The notes under the pieces are model-generated. The model did not search any database, was not told the origin of the DNA, and was given only the letters and a program-made list of their open reading frames with translations. From positions 5,766,001 to 5,830,000 of the forward strand of contig OZ024743.1 of assembly GCA_964016885.1 (NCBI GenBank): a stretch of 64,000 nucleotides of DNA. Direction: 5' to 3'. The stretch's first letter is position 1; each line of letters opens with the position of its first letter. This document shows positions 39,184 through 52,023 of this stretch, piece after piece. The position numbers were made by a program, and so were the translations under genes. The DNA comes from Eledone cirrhosa (Eukaryota).

Positions 39184-40042
39184 GTAAGAATAAACATTGA
39201 GAAGTAGCTTGCTTTACCACAAAATATCAATTTCTTTTTACTATCCCTTTTTAATTTTGTGATTATTTTGAAAGGAGGTGATGATATTCAATATAAAATT
39301 ATTTTTATATTGATTTGCGGCATAGCTGTGTTACTACCGTTGTGAGTTAGCATTATTCCATTCAGTATTGCTAAATATTGCAGAAAAGTACTCTATTTAA
39401 GTCAGAGTTATGCAGTATATATCAATGGAGCTGGGGTCCTTGCTGGAAGTGTAAGGGGCAGTGGTGTCATGGGGACAGAGGGCAAAGCCAAAAGCAGAAG
39501 GGTGTAGTAATATCACATAATGGGAAGCAGGAAGTAGGTGGCAGTGTTGTGGGCTCTTCTTGCCCTCTTGTCAATGATTGGCTAGGGAAGCAGGTTGTAG
39601 TTTTTGCTCTGTGCATAGGGGATACGTGATTGTATTTTCTAGTCAGGTGTAAAGTTTGGCTGAGCACTTTCAGACACAAATATACCCCATTCTGGACAAG
39701 ATCAACCAGTGAGACATCCTACAAAGTAGGTGAGCTATGTTTATCCCCTTTTGTAACATCAGCTATTATGGCATTAGGCCTTTTTTCTATTGAATTAACA
39801 AGACACCTGATTTGATAGAGATGTATGTAAAAACAATGTTGACCGTAACATCTACCACTAACAATAATTACACTGTCACTATCTCCTATGATTATTATCA
39901 TGAATATCAATTGCAACTAAATCGATATGCTTCCATTTCATCTGTTAATATCAAGTCTTCAGAATATATTGCCTTGAAAATAGCTTCAAAATATTGAATA
40001 TATTTTGTAGGAAAATAACAAGTCTCACATGACAATAGTCAT

Positions 40043-40175
40043 TGTGGCCAAGTGGTTAAGGTAAAGAACTAGAAATCGATAAAACAAAGCACCAGTAACG
40101 CAATGTGGTCGATTTAATCGACTTTCCCTTCCCCCCTTCAAATTTCTGGCCTTGTGCCTAAAATAGAAACAATTT
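40043..40175 (+). mobile_element. Internally deleted SINE
   Basis: TGGCCAAGTGGTTAAGG A-box fused to the CGATAAAACAAAGCACCAGT...GGCCTTGTGCCTAAAATAGAAACAATT body. Confidence 0.6.
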
Positions 40176-40349
40176 GTAGTGCACCTGAGCAATATACACA
40201 ATAATTTTCATTATTATTTCATTTTTTATGACCACTGAAAAAAGATTTCCATGAAGTTTGTTACTTTCTAGATCATTTAGATTCATTTCTTTTTGTAAGA
40301 CCCGTTTTGTATTAACTACAACTTATATTAAATCTCTGTGAAGGTTTAA

Positions 40350-41774
40350 CCCTTGAGCATTCGAATCGGACATATCCGGCCAGAATTCTCTCACCTCTTT
40401 CTGTTCAAACCGGCCACTTATACCAATGTTAAGGTATTGTTCTCAAAATAAATAATAACATCATCAAAATCTCATAGATTCGATATAATAATAATAATAA
40501 TAATAATAATGAAATTATTGTGTACAGTGCTCAGGTGCACTACAACTCATCAAAGGTGCATGTATAGTACATAGAATAATGTACAAATGTCAGGAAAATG
40601 AACAGTGTATGAGTCATGATACAATAACAATAATGAAATATTGTGTACAGTGCCCAGGTGCACCACAACCCATCAAAAAAGTGCATGTACAGTACATAGG
40701 GCAATGCACAAACATCAGTAAAATGAAAAGTGCACGAGTCATGATACACACATGTGTGCATGTGTATGGAAGGGGTACATCAGGTGTAGTTTTGGCGTAT
40801 TTCGGGAAGCATAAGTGTCTTAAAGGATGCAGTGTCTCGGCAGCTAACAATTGACGCAGGCAGTTTGTTCCATGCTTCAGCAACTCTGAGCGTGAAAAAA
40901 TGTCTACGAAAGTCATGGGAGCTGTGCTGTTTTCTGATCTTGTAGGCATGTCCACGTGTGTTAGACACATGGAGATCAAAGAGGCGCTCAGGGTTGCAAT
41001 TGGCGAGATGGTTAAAAACTTTGTGGGTATTCACCAAGTCCATTGCCAGACGTCGGAGCTTCAATGAATCCATGCCCAGGGAAGCAAGGCGTTCAGAGTA
41101 TGGTAGGTGTCTGATGGAGGGTATGCGCTTGGTTGCACGTCTCTGAACAGTTTCCAGGAGGTCAATGTTCCGAGCAAGATAGGGGTTCCAGACTGATGAT
41201 GCGAATTCCAAGTGTGGTCGCACCATAGCTGTATACAGTTTTAAATAGATGGCTGGAGAGCGGCTAACAAAGGTCTTGCTGAGTGATGCCAAGACACCCT
41301 CGGCCTTCTTGACAATCTTAGAGACATGCTTTGTCCAACGCAAATCGTTGCTGACAGTAATGCCCAGGTCACGTTCACAAGAGGACTTTTTGATATCAGT
41401 GTTGTGGAGGGAGTATGTGGACGCTGGATTTTTCCTTCCAAAATGCATGGTGGTACACTTGTCCACAGCCAGCTTCAGTTGCCAGTCTGTGATCCATTGC
41501 TGCATTGTGTCCAGGTCTGATTGTAGGAAAGAGTTGTAAATTTCAGGATCAGTCCTTTTGATTTCAAGGTACAGCTTGATGTCATCTGCATATTTTAGTA
41601 CCGTGGCATTCTGTAAGTTGGCATCTATGTCATTAATATATGCCACAAACAAAAGAGGACCAAGAACAGATCCCTGTGGTACACCAGATGACATCTCATC
41701 AATGTGAGATTATAATGTGAGATAAAGCCTTTACTACAAAAATACAATAGTAGAGTAATGTGAATGCTAAAGGA
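40350..41774 (-). mobile_element. piggyBac-type MITE split by a CR1
   Basis: TTAACCCTTGAGCATT at 40346 and AATGCTAAAGGATTAA at 41763-41778. The halves are the reverse complement of the 15290 MITE. Confidence 0.75.
40488..41698 (-). mobile_element. CR1 LINE, 5'-truncated, with a doubled 3' tail
   Basis: Open ORF 40780-41694 (GVPQGSVLGP, YADD). Two tandem 3' UTR copies at 40488-40625 and 40625-40780. Confidence 0.96.
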
Positions 41775-41780
41775 TTAAAA

Positions 41781-42183
41781 TAAATCATTAACCATCTTGC
41801 CAACAACCACCCTGAGCACCTTTTTGATTTCCATGTGTCTAACACACGTGGACATGCCTACAAAGTCAGAAAACAGCACAGCTCCCATGACTTTCGGAAA
41901 CATTTTTTCACGCTCAGAGTTGCTGAAACATGGAACAAACTACCTGCATCAGTTGTTAGCTGTCGAGACACTGCATCCTTTAAAACCGCCATGCTTCCTG
42001 AGATTCGCCAACACTACACCTGATGTCCCCTCCTCCATATACACGCACACGTTTATTTCATGTCTTGTATACTGTTCATTTTCCTGACATTTGTACATTA
42101 TTCTATGTACTATACATGCACCTTTGATGAGTTGTAGTGTACCTGAGCACTGTAAACAATAATTTCATTATTATTTTTATTAT
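41781..42183 (+). mobile_element. CR1 LINE 3' fragment
   Basis: SNTRGHAYKVRKQ...FFTLRVAETWNKLP; (ATT)n tail ending ~55 bp before an exon. Confidence 0.93.
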
Positions 42184-42238
42184 TCTGTTTTTGCTTGTAT
42201 TTTATTACTATCAGTTATTTTTTCTCTTCTTTACTTAG

Positions 42239-42382
42239 CTTGCAGAAGAAGCAGGTGTCCCTGCTGGAGTTGTTAATGTTATAACATCTTCAAGAAAGCA
42301 AACACCTGCTGTAGGAAAGCTTCTCTGTGAAAGCCCCCAAATAGCGACAATTTCCTTCACAGGTTCAACAGATGTGGGGAAG
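42239..42382 (+). CDS. ALDH5A1: SSADH coding exon (LAEEAGVPAGVVNV...ISFTGSTDVGK)
   Basis: cttag| acceptor and |gtaaga donor; 144 bp, phase 0-0. Contains the NAD-binding FTGST motif. Confidence 0.97.
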
Positions 42383-43188
42383 GTAAGACATCTTTTCTAT
42401 GTAACATGAAGTGTTGAATGAGAGCCACAGGTTCAGGTGTTTGTTTTAAAGAATATTGTTGAATGCATAGCTGATGAATATGGGTAACAGAGATGAGGGA
42501 GTGATAGATGTCAGCTGGGAACCTCATGCAGGAGAGAGAGAGAGATGGTATTGGTTGAAATAAAGAGATAGTGAGAGTTTTCCCTAGTTGAAGTGCCTGG
42601 AACATATTAACCAAATCTAGTTTCAAAAAAGCTATATTAGGGGTTTTGTTAATAAATGAACTTGATTTAAGTTAAACTATTTCTGATTTTTAGTGCTCAT
42701 GAAAATCAATTTGATGGAAATCTATATATAAATTTGAGTGACTTCCATCCGTCTGTTTTTCACACAATGTGTGTGTGTGTGTTTGTGTGAATGTGTGTGT
42801 ATGTGTAAAAGGAGGGAAGGGATGGTGAAAAGACTATAGCAAAACAGCAACTGGCGTTCCATTTCCTACACTGTATGACTGTATGTGTGTGTTTGTGTAA
42901 ATGTATTTGTGTGTGTGCTTATGTGAATGTATGCATGTTTCTGTAAATGTATGTGTATTTGTGTGAATGAATATCTGTGTGTGTATTTTTGTATGTGTGT
43001 CTGTGTTTGCGCGTTTTTATTTATATCCTCATACATATAAATGTATGCATATGCACATACACACACGCACATAGATATAGACATGTGTGTCAGCTTGTTG
43101 AAAAAATTCCTAGTATATCATAAAGCTGTGTTTTTAGAAATCATGCTTACTGTCTTTAAATTAAACGTTTTTAATATATTTTTCATAG

Positions 43189-43332
43189 ATTTTACTGTCA
43201 AATTCAGCTTCATCTGTGAAAAGGTTATCTCTAGAACTTGGTGGAAATGCTGCATTTATTGTATTTGACAGTGCTGATATTGATAAAGCTGTGAGAGGGG
43301 CTATGGCATGTAAATTCCGTTGCTCTGGTCAG
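43189..43332 (+). CDS. ALDH5A1: SSADH coding exon ([48 protein letters not shown]); last exon in window
   Basis: catag| acceptor and |gtgaga donor; 144 bp, phase 0-0. Contains the catalytic-Glu motif LELGG. The next exon (TCV..) was not found before 64000. Confidence 0.97.
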
Positions 43333-43412
43333 GTGAGAAAATAAAACTTTCTAATGAATTCCTTCATGTTTTGTTTTTCATCCCAAAGTTTAGTCCAAGG
43401 ATTCCTATTTCA

Positions 43413-44599
43413 TAATAATAATAATAATAATGAAATTATTGTGTAAAGTGCTCAGGTGCACTACAACTCGTCAATATAGTATATAGAATAATACACAAAT
43501 GCCAGGGAAGTACATGTTTGTATGTGTTAGCTGTAGTGTTGGCGGATCTCGGGAAGCATGGAGGCCTTAAAGGATGCAGCGTCTCGACAGCTAACAACTG
43601 ATGCAGGTAGTTTGTTCCATGCTTCAGCAACTCTGAGCGTGAAAAAATGTTTCCGAAAGTCATGGGAACTGTGCTGTTTTCTTACTTTGTGGGCATGTCC
43701 ACGTGTGTTAGACACATGGAAATCGAAAAGGCACTCAGGGTTGTTGTTGGCAACATGGTTAACAATTTTGTGGGTGTTTACCAAGTCAGTTGCCAGGCGT
43801 CGGAGCTTCAATGAATCCATGCCCAGGGAAGCAAGGCGATCAGAGTATGGTAGATGCCTGATGGAGGGTATTCGCTTGGTTGCACGTCTCTGAACAGTTT
43901 CCAGGCGGTCAATGTCCTGAGCAAGATAGGGGTTCCAGACTGGTGATGCAAATTCTAAGTGTGGTCGCACCATAGCTGTATACAGCCTTAAATAGATATC
44001 TGGAGAGCGGCTGACAAAGGTCTTGCTGAGTGATGCTAAGACACCCTCGGCCCTCTTGACAATTTTAGAGACGTGCCTCGTCCAACGCAAATCGCTGCTG
44101 ACCGTAATGCCCAGGTCACGTTCACAGGAAGACTTCTTGATATTAGTGCTGTGGAGGGAATATGTGGACGCTGGGTTTTTACTCCCAAAATGCATGGTGG
44201 TGCACTTGTCCACAGCTAGCTTGAGTTGCCAGTCTGAGATCCACTGTTGCATTGTGTCCAGGTCAGACTGCAAGCAAGATCTATAGTGTTCAGGATCTGT
44301 CCTTTTTATCTCAAGGTACAGCTTGATGTCGTCTGCGTACTTTAGTACTGTGGCATTCCTTAAGTTGGCATCTATGTCATTAATATATGCCACAAACAAA
44401 AGGGGGCCAAGAACAGATCCCTGAGGTACACCAGATGACATCTCATATGGTGAGGAATGCTGTCCCAGAACCGTGACTACCTCTCTTCGACTGAGAATGA
44501 AGGACTTCAACCAGTTAAAAAGATCATCCTTCACACCCATTGCAGAGAGTTTTGCCATAAGCCTTTTGTGCGGCACAGAATTGAAGGCCTTCGCAAAGT
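43413..44599 (-). mobile_element. CR1 LINE, 5'-truncated
   Basis: Open ORF 43527-44576, nearly identical to 36460-37640 including the short 3' UTR variant. Confidence 0.96.
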
Positions 44600-44712
44600 C
44601 ATCTTAACATTTACTGCAATTCTTATCTTGTTATTAGAGAACTTGTTGCCATTTCTTTTCTTGTAATTTATTCAGTCACATTTCATCATATATTGGACCG
44701 ATATATCATATA

Positions 44713-44899
44713 TAGGTTGTTCCCCCCAAAATATATACACACTTTGATCACCTGTAGAGGAAATATTTATTAGAACGCACAGGCTTTCCCAAAATTAAAA
44801 TAATCTACAGACATAATTCAAATAATGAATAGAAAACAGAATTTATTTTAATGCATTTTTTTGCTGTTGAAGTGTGTATACATTTTTCGGGACACCCTG
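44713..44899. mobile_element. Tc1/mariner MITE
   Basis: TA|TAGGTTGTTCCCCCCAAAATATATACACACTT ... AAGTGTGTATACATTTTTCGGGACACCCTG|TA: imperfect TIRs with TA flanks. Confidence 0.75.
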
Positions 44900-44946
44900 T
44901 ATATGTAAGAAGTTGACTGCAATATGGACATTTATTTATATTCTAT

Positions 44947-45189
44947 ACTAGACCACCCATGACCCGTTGGGTCACGTTCACTTCAAAATATAAAAAAAAA
45001 ATTGTGTTCACTTAATAATTTTTAAATAATTAAAATATACTCAGACATGTATATAATGTGAAATGAAACTGGTAGGCCCATATATATATATACATGTGTG
45101 TGCATATATATAAATGTATGTGTGTGTGTGTATATATATATATATGTGGGTGTCTGTGATCTATATACACTGGTCATAGGCATACACAC

Positions 45190-45247
<58 letters not shown>

Positions 45248-45582
45248 CCTCACATATATATATATATATACACAACAACACCACCAGCTCTCTCTCCTAT
45301 TCTCCTCTGTCTCCTTTCCCTCTCTCTCTCTTTCAATATACGCTCTCACAACCACTATCTCTTTCTCTATATCCTTCTCTCTCATTGTTTATGAAAGTAC
45401 CCAGAAAACCCCATATCTTAGGACCCCGTGCTTCGAATTACGTGAATCTTGTTTTATTCCATTTATATTCCCATTTCAGGGGCAATTTCTTTTCAAAGTA
45501 TTTTCCCATTATGTGCCCTTATGGCTGTATTACATTACAGACAAGCAAGCAATCACAAACTTTTACTAATATATAGAAGATT
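44947..45582. mobile_element. DINE-1/Helentron-like non-autonomous element
   Basis: Starts TACTAG, then hairpin TGACCCGTTGGGTCA. Has internal microsatellites and ends ACAGACAAGCAAGC...AATATATAGAAGATT. Confidence 0.5.
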
Positions 45583-45715
45583 AAATACAGGAAGAAAAGT
45601 AGTATACAGAGACTTATAGGTATACTTTGCTGCCTGTTACATAACCAATGTTATTGAAGTGTTAGTAGAAGATTCATCATCACAACAACTGTTAGCCAAA
45701 TATTATTCTATAGTT

Positions 45716-45897
45716 GATTGGCAGTATCGGTAGAGGGTCTGGCGCATGCTTTGCAGCAAAGAGTTACGGCCCTTTATGGTATGAGTTCAAATCCTGCTGA
45801 GGTTAACTTTGCCTTTCATCCTTACGGGGTCGATAAAATAAAGTACCAGTAATGCACTGGGTAATTGCTGGCCTTGTGCCAAAAGTAGAAACAATTA
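45716..45897 (+). mobile_element. tRNA-derived SINE
   Basis: Same family as 16149-16336, with A and B boxes. Confidence 0.8.
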
Positions 45898-46055
45898 TTC
45901 TATTGATTTGTTATATTTATGTCCACTTGTCATTATTTTTGTTATTATATTGTTGCAATTCATCATGCCTAGCATGTTTGGATTATATGATTAGTTTTCA
46001 GAATCCATTATCAATATGAGTGAGTATGAAGTGTCCTATGGTTGTCAATCTAAAC

Positions 46056-48676
46056 CATAGGTTCTCAACCCATTTAGGCCAAACGCCCCCTTTTGTCCCT
46101 CGAAATCACGAAACACCCCCCCTACCCTATTTTTCCATTTTTCAATATACTACTGATTTTGATATCTGTAGATTACTAAAAAATTGATTATCAAAATTCC
46201 AAAGATACCATTGCAGGCAGCTGAGAGTATAAATACATTCCTTGAAAGGAAATATATAAATTTCAAAAAAAGGAACATAAATGTTCTTTTTTATGAATAA
46301 GGACCAGTTGAATTTGTTATATTCCCACCAGGCGATACCAACTATTTTGAACATTTATACAAGAGCAACTCTGTCTATCCAAAGAGTGCTCTTATTTGGA
46401 AGAAAGTGGCAATTATATCATTTCAAAGCTTTCCAATTTTCTTTTTAATGAAAGAGACAGAATAAATGTTGATATCTAACTTGATGTCCCCTCTGCTTTG
46501 TGAGCTTAGAGACCACGGAAGAGGGTTTTCATGACCTCGCGGGAGGGTATATTTATTAGTAAATGGTAAAATATATACAACAAATGAGTAAGTGAATTGT
46601 AGTAGATGGTTTCCAGTCCAGTCAGACTGCAACTACAAATAAAAAAAATTGTTAGTTTGCTTTGTGACAATAGCATATCTAAGTTTTCGGATAAATCAGC
46701 TTACTTTAACTTTGACCTCATTTCAATGGGACCCTTGAGCTTCATGGTGTCTAGCTAACTCTTTGATGCCAGGCTGGATTTTCGGAAGATGTAGCCGGAG
46801 ATCTCCACATGTAATTACATTGTAGCAGTTGTGAGCCTTACTGTGTAGTCTGGAAACAGCACCAAACCTCCTCTTGACTAAGTATGAGCTTGGAAAAGGC
46901 AGAGTAAATCTCTTAGTCTCTGCATGTAGGTGTGGAAATCGACGCTGAATTTCCTCTTGCATCCAAAAAAGGGGTTCACCTATTTTCGGAAATCTAATTT
47001 TGATCATGTCATCTGCTTGAAGTTCAATGAATTTTTCCTGAAATTTAACGTCCAAATTGTCGACGTTACCTATGAAGGGATCTGCTACCCACATTGGGAT
47101 GACCATCGGCAATAGGTCGACAAACCGTTCTCTCGTGTTGTCTTGTAGCGCACGGAGGCGATGGGTATAAATTTGGAGTTGGTCATCGCTTACAATGTTT
47201 TGAACATTGGCGACACTAGGAAAATTATAGAATTCCCGTCAACAAAGATTCTTTTCAATGACATTCAATTTGGCCAGGAATGTTTTCACAGCATTCCTTG
47301 CTTTAAGCAAGGTGATCTTCTTCCCCTGCAAAGCCAAAATGACGCTATTGCATTTGTCGACGATGTCGGTGAGGTAGGCGCAGTTTTGCCTCACATCGAG
47401 GGGTTTCTTGTACAGCTCTGTGTTGCGTCCTCGCAGAAACTCAATGATAGAGTCAAACAGTTCAAAGAAATGAGTAAGGCACTTGCCCTTTGAAAGCCAC
47501 CTCACTTCATTATGAAGGAGTAACTTGACGAATTCTTCGTCATTATCTTGGCACAGTTGCTGGAAAATTCGTTCATTGAGGGAATGCCGTTTGATAAAAT
47601 TGATGACATCAAGGGCCACCTGCAAGGACTTGCTCAGTGGCTTGCTGAGTTTCTTCACAGCCAAGTGTTGTCGATGAATGACACAATGAACAACAAATAC
47701 AGATAGATTTTCTCTCTTCAGAAGAGTGACAAAATCCTTATGTTGGCCGACCATTGCTCTAGCGTCGTCCGTAGCACATGATACAATGTGTGTTGTATTT
47801 GATCCTAGATGTATGTATTACCTGCCTGTGTGTTGTAGGTAGTCCTAGATGTATGTATTACCTGCTTATGTATTGCATGTGGTCCTAGATGTATGTATTA
47901 TCTGATTATGTGTTGTATGTGGTCCTAGATGTTTGTATTACCTGATTATGTGTTGCATGTAGTCCTAGATGTATGTATTACCTGCTTATGTATTGCATGT
48001 GGTCCTAGATGTATGTATTATCTGATTATGTGTTGTATGTGGTCCTAAATGTATGTATTACTTGCCTGTGTGTTGTATGTGGTCCTAGATGTGTGTGCTA
48101 CCTCCTTATGTGTTGCATGTAGTCCTAGATGTGTGTATTACCTGCTTATGTGTTGTATGTGGTCCTAGATGTGTATATTACCTGCTTATGTGTTGTATAT
48201 GGTCCTAGATGTGTGTGCTACCCGCTTCTGTGTTTTTTTTATTTATTTTTATTTGTAATATTATTTATACAATAGGAAATAAAATAGATCTACATAGTGT
48301 TAACTCGTTACAGTTGAGTCAATACTTTCAGACATGAAATACATTGTTATCGGTGAAATAAGACAAGATTCTAACTGGATGCAATTGAAGTGTCCTTGAC
48401 CCAGTTGACTGTGGGTTTTTCCATTGTTAGGATCTCAATTGCCGGGTAATGTCTAAACACGCCTGCACTCCTGCTCACAGCTGCGGTCAGACCATAGTTA
48501 TGCTCTCTGCATGCTCATTCAAATGCATTCACACTGGCTGTCTCAAAGACATACAAATATGGCTTATAAAACTTACCAAAGTAAAGAGCCTTCCAGTGCA
48601 CTCCAAAGCTCCCCCCCCCCCCCGGATTTCCGAAACGCCCCCTGGGGGTGCATATGCCCCCCGTTGAGAACCTTTG
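46056..48676 (-). mobile_element. hAT/Buster (Charlie-like) DNA transposon, internally deleted
   Basis: TIRs CATAGGTTCTCAAC / GTTGAGAACCTTTG and a perfect 8-bp TSD ATCTAAAC (46048-46055, 48677-48684). ORFs contain HCVIHRQHL, LLLHNEVRWLSKG, LPFPSSYL and GDLRL..HEAQGSH. Confidence 0.95.
47787..48232. repeat. 40-bp minisatellite, about 11 copies, inside the hAT element
   Basis: Unit TGTGTTGTATGTGGTCCTAGATGTATGTATTACCTGCTTA. Confidence 0.95.
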
Positions 48677-48729
48677 ATCTAAACCAATGCTTGTTTTTTT
48701 TCCCCCTATATATATATTATATATATATA

Positions 48730-49110
48730 ATCATCACCATCCACTTACATCCGTTTTTCCATGCTTGGATGGGTTGAATAGGTCTTTTCCACTGCAATTT
48801 CCCTCTACCTGCTGCAGTCCTTTGTCATTTCCTCTCTGAGGTTCAGTGTTTTAAGGTCTGCTCTCACCACTTCTCAGTGGGAATTCCAAGTACTCCATCA
48901 CCTAATGATCATCATCCATATGCATCACCTGTACATACCAGCACAGTCTTCTCTCTTGCGCACTATATTTCATTCCTCTTATACCCAATTTTTCTCTTCG
49001 CTCTTCCAGGCTTCATCATTCACGTACATTAACATTTAACATCCATTGAAGTATACTTCCCTCCAGCCTTCACATATCCTCTGCATTGCATCATTGCATT
49101 CCACACTCAG
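48730..49110 (-). mobile_element. Old RTE 3' fragment
   Basis: CATCACCTGTACATACCAGCACAGTCTTCTCTCTTG is the RRLxWYxxVM region; RTE-type tail. Confidence 0.75.
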
Positions 49111-49177
49111 GCATTTATTTATTTACATATATTTAAGCACATGTATTTGTGGATTGAGATGTTTGTATGTGTCAATA

Positions 49178-49690
49178 TCATCATCATCATCATCATCATC
49201 GTTTAACGTCCATCTTCCACGCTTGCATGGGTTTGGACGGGAGTTTTCCCACTTGAGGCAAGAGTGGTTGTCCTGCTCGCATAGGACTGTCTGGCGGGTT
49301 TTCTACAGCTGGATGCCCTTCCTAACACCAACCACGTTTACAGTGTGGAACTGGGAGGTTTTTACCGTGTTACCTACACGGCCACATTACAGCGTGGACT
49401 GTGTGTTTTTTTGTCGTGACACCTACACGATCTCATTTGTTTCGGCCTGGATGTTGTGGCACCAACATAACTTGTCATTGAAAGGGGTGGTGTGAATGGG
49501 GTGTGGGTAGTGGGACGGGGGTGTATTTTGTTAGAGATGCCTACTGACTGTAGTAGGTTTTACTTTGTATTTAGGTAAGGCGGGTCTTCTCTATTACTGA
49601 GTGCCGCCAAAGGTCTCGGTCCAGTGACATTGTCTTGGAGAGGTGTAAGTGTGTGAGGTGGGAGTTTATCAGGTCGTCCCAGGTTTTTCT
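49178..49690 (-). mobile_element. RTE family B 3' fragment
   Basis: Homologous to 24330-24840; inverted relative to 51210-51726. Confidence 0.93.
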
Positions 49691-49740
49691 ATTTGTATGT
49701 ATGTATATTTATGTACATGTGTATTTATGTATGTATGTAA

Positions 49741-51726
49741 ATAGTTGCTGAGATGCTGAAGGCATCTGGCACGGTGGGACACACCATGGTCACCCGCATA
49801 GTTAACCAAGTCGTACAGAATGGGGTTGTTCCGAAGGACTGGCATAGCAGCATCATCGTTAACTGTTATAAGGGTAAAGGAGACGCCCTAGATAGGAGTA
49901 ACTATAGAGGCATTAAATTAATCGACCAGGTCATGAAGGTCACGGAAAAAGTAATAGCGCAACTAATCAGAGAGAGAATTGACCTAGATGAAATGCAGTT
50001 CGGGTTTGTGTCAGGCAAAAGTACCACAGACGCTCTTTTCATAGTACGACAACTACAGGAGAAGTACCTAGCTAAAGGTAAACCCCTCTACTTAGCTTTT
50101 GTCGACTTGGAGAAAGCCTTCGACAGAGTCCCCCGCTCCATTATCTGGTGGGCTCTTAGAAAACTAGGCGTTGACGAATGGCTTGTGAGGGCTATACAAG
50201 CCATGTATAAAGAAACAGTCAGCAAGGTTAGAATTAACAACGAATATAGTGAAGAGTTTAGCGTAAAAGTTGGCGTCCATCAGGGCTCTGTTCTCAGCCC
50301 CCTACTATTTATTATTGCCCTCCAGGCTATAACAGAGGAGTTCAAGACAGGCTGCCCATGGGAACTCCTATACGCAGACGACCTGACACTCATAGCGGAA
50401 TCAATGGCCGAGCTAGAGAAGAAATTCCAAACATGGAAGCACGGCCTAGAGTCAAAAGGACTTAAAATTAACCTGGCTAAGACCAAAGTACTAGTTTGTA
50501 GGAAAGAAAACAAGGCGGTGGTCCCTTCTGGGAAATGGTCGTGCTCGGTGTGTAGGAAAGGCGTAGGTAGAAACTCCATTTTATGTCCTAAATGCAAAGT
50601 ATGGGTGCATAAAAGATGTAGTGGGATCACAGGTAAGCTAACTAAGAACATAGATTTTACATGTGGCCGGTGTTCTGGTGCAATAAGTAGCAGCAAGTGC
50701 CCACAAAATACTAGCTCTTTCAACTGTGCAGAGGGCTCTATAGAAATAGTGGACAGCTTCCGTTACCTGGGTGACAAAATCAGCAGTGGGGGAGGGTGCT
50801 CTGAAAGTACAGTAGCTAGAGTCAGAACTGGATGGAAAAAATTCAGAGAGCTTATACCACTATTAGCAGCTAAAGGGTTCTCCCTAAAAATGAAAGGCAG
50901 GCTGTATGATGCCTGCATACGAACAGCAATGTTGCATGGCAGTGAGACCTGGGCATTGTGTGCAGAGGATATACGCAGACTAGAGAGGAACGAAGCTGGC
51001 ATGCTCCGCTGGATGTGTAATAGTAATATACGTGAACGGCAAAGCATAAACGAACTAAGGAAAAAATTAGAAATAAGAGGGATCAGATGTTGTTTACTCG
51101 AGAGAAGGCTACGTTGGTATGGACACGTGATGCGCATGAAAGACGATAGCTGTATAACAAGGTGCAGGGCAATAAAGATAGACGGTAGCCACGGAATAGG
51201 CAGACCTAGAAAAACCTGGGACGAGCTGATAAACTCTGACCTCACACACTTACACCTCTCCAAGACAATGTCACTGGACCGAGACCTTTGGCGGTACTCA
51301 GTAACAGAGAAGACCCGCCTTACCTAAATATATAGTAAAACCTACTCCAGCCAGTAGGCATCTCTAACAAAATACACCCCGTCCCACCACCACCACCCCC
51401 ACCCCATCCACACCACCCCGTTCAATGTAAAGTTATGTTGGTGCCGCGCCATCGAGGCCGAAACAAATGAGATCGTGTAGGTGTCACGACAAAAAAACAC
51501 ACAGTCCACGCTGTAATGTGGCCGTGTAGGCAACACGGTAAAAACCTCCCAGACCCACACTGTAAATGTGGTTGGTGTTAGGAAGGGCATCCAACTGTAG
51601 AAAACCTGCCAGACAGTCCTATGCGAGCAAGACAATCACTCTTGCCTCAAGTGGGACTACCCCCGTCCAAACCCATGCAAGCGTGGAACACGGACGTTAA
51701 ACGTTGATGATGATGATGATGATGAT
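49741..51726 (+). mobile_element. RTE family B LINE, 5'-truncated with an open ORF
   Basis: ORF 49753-51327 (524 aa) with YADD and an intact C4HC3 insert; (GAT)n tail. Confidence 0.97.
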
Positions 51727-52023
51727 GTGTATTTATGTACATGTGTAATTGTATACATATGTATATTCCAGCCACCACTTTATCCTGTCAATTCCACCAA
51801 TCTTTTCACTAACCCATACACTCACCTTCACATTCATCACCTATCTCTCACTGACCAGTTAAAATTCTATGGCTATGCCCACTACCACCCTTTATCACCT
51901 TCCTTGACACATCCCTGTCCCCTTCACTGCCACTGCCACACTGTCCACCTTATTTTAATTACCCCTTCTCAATTAAATCCACTTTTCCCACCTCAAGTCT
52001 TCCTTATTTATTGAAATTTTAGA

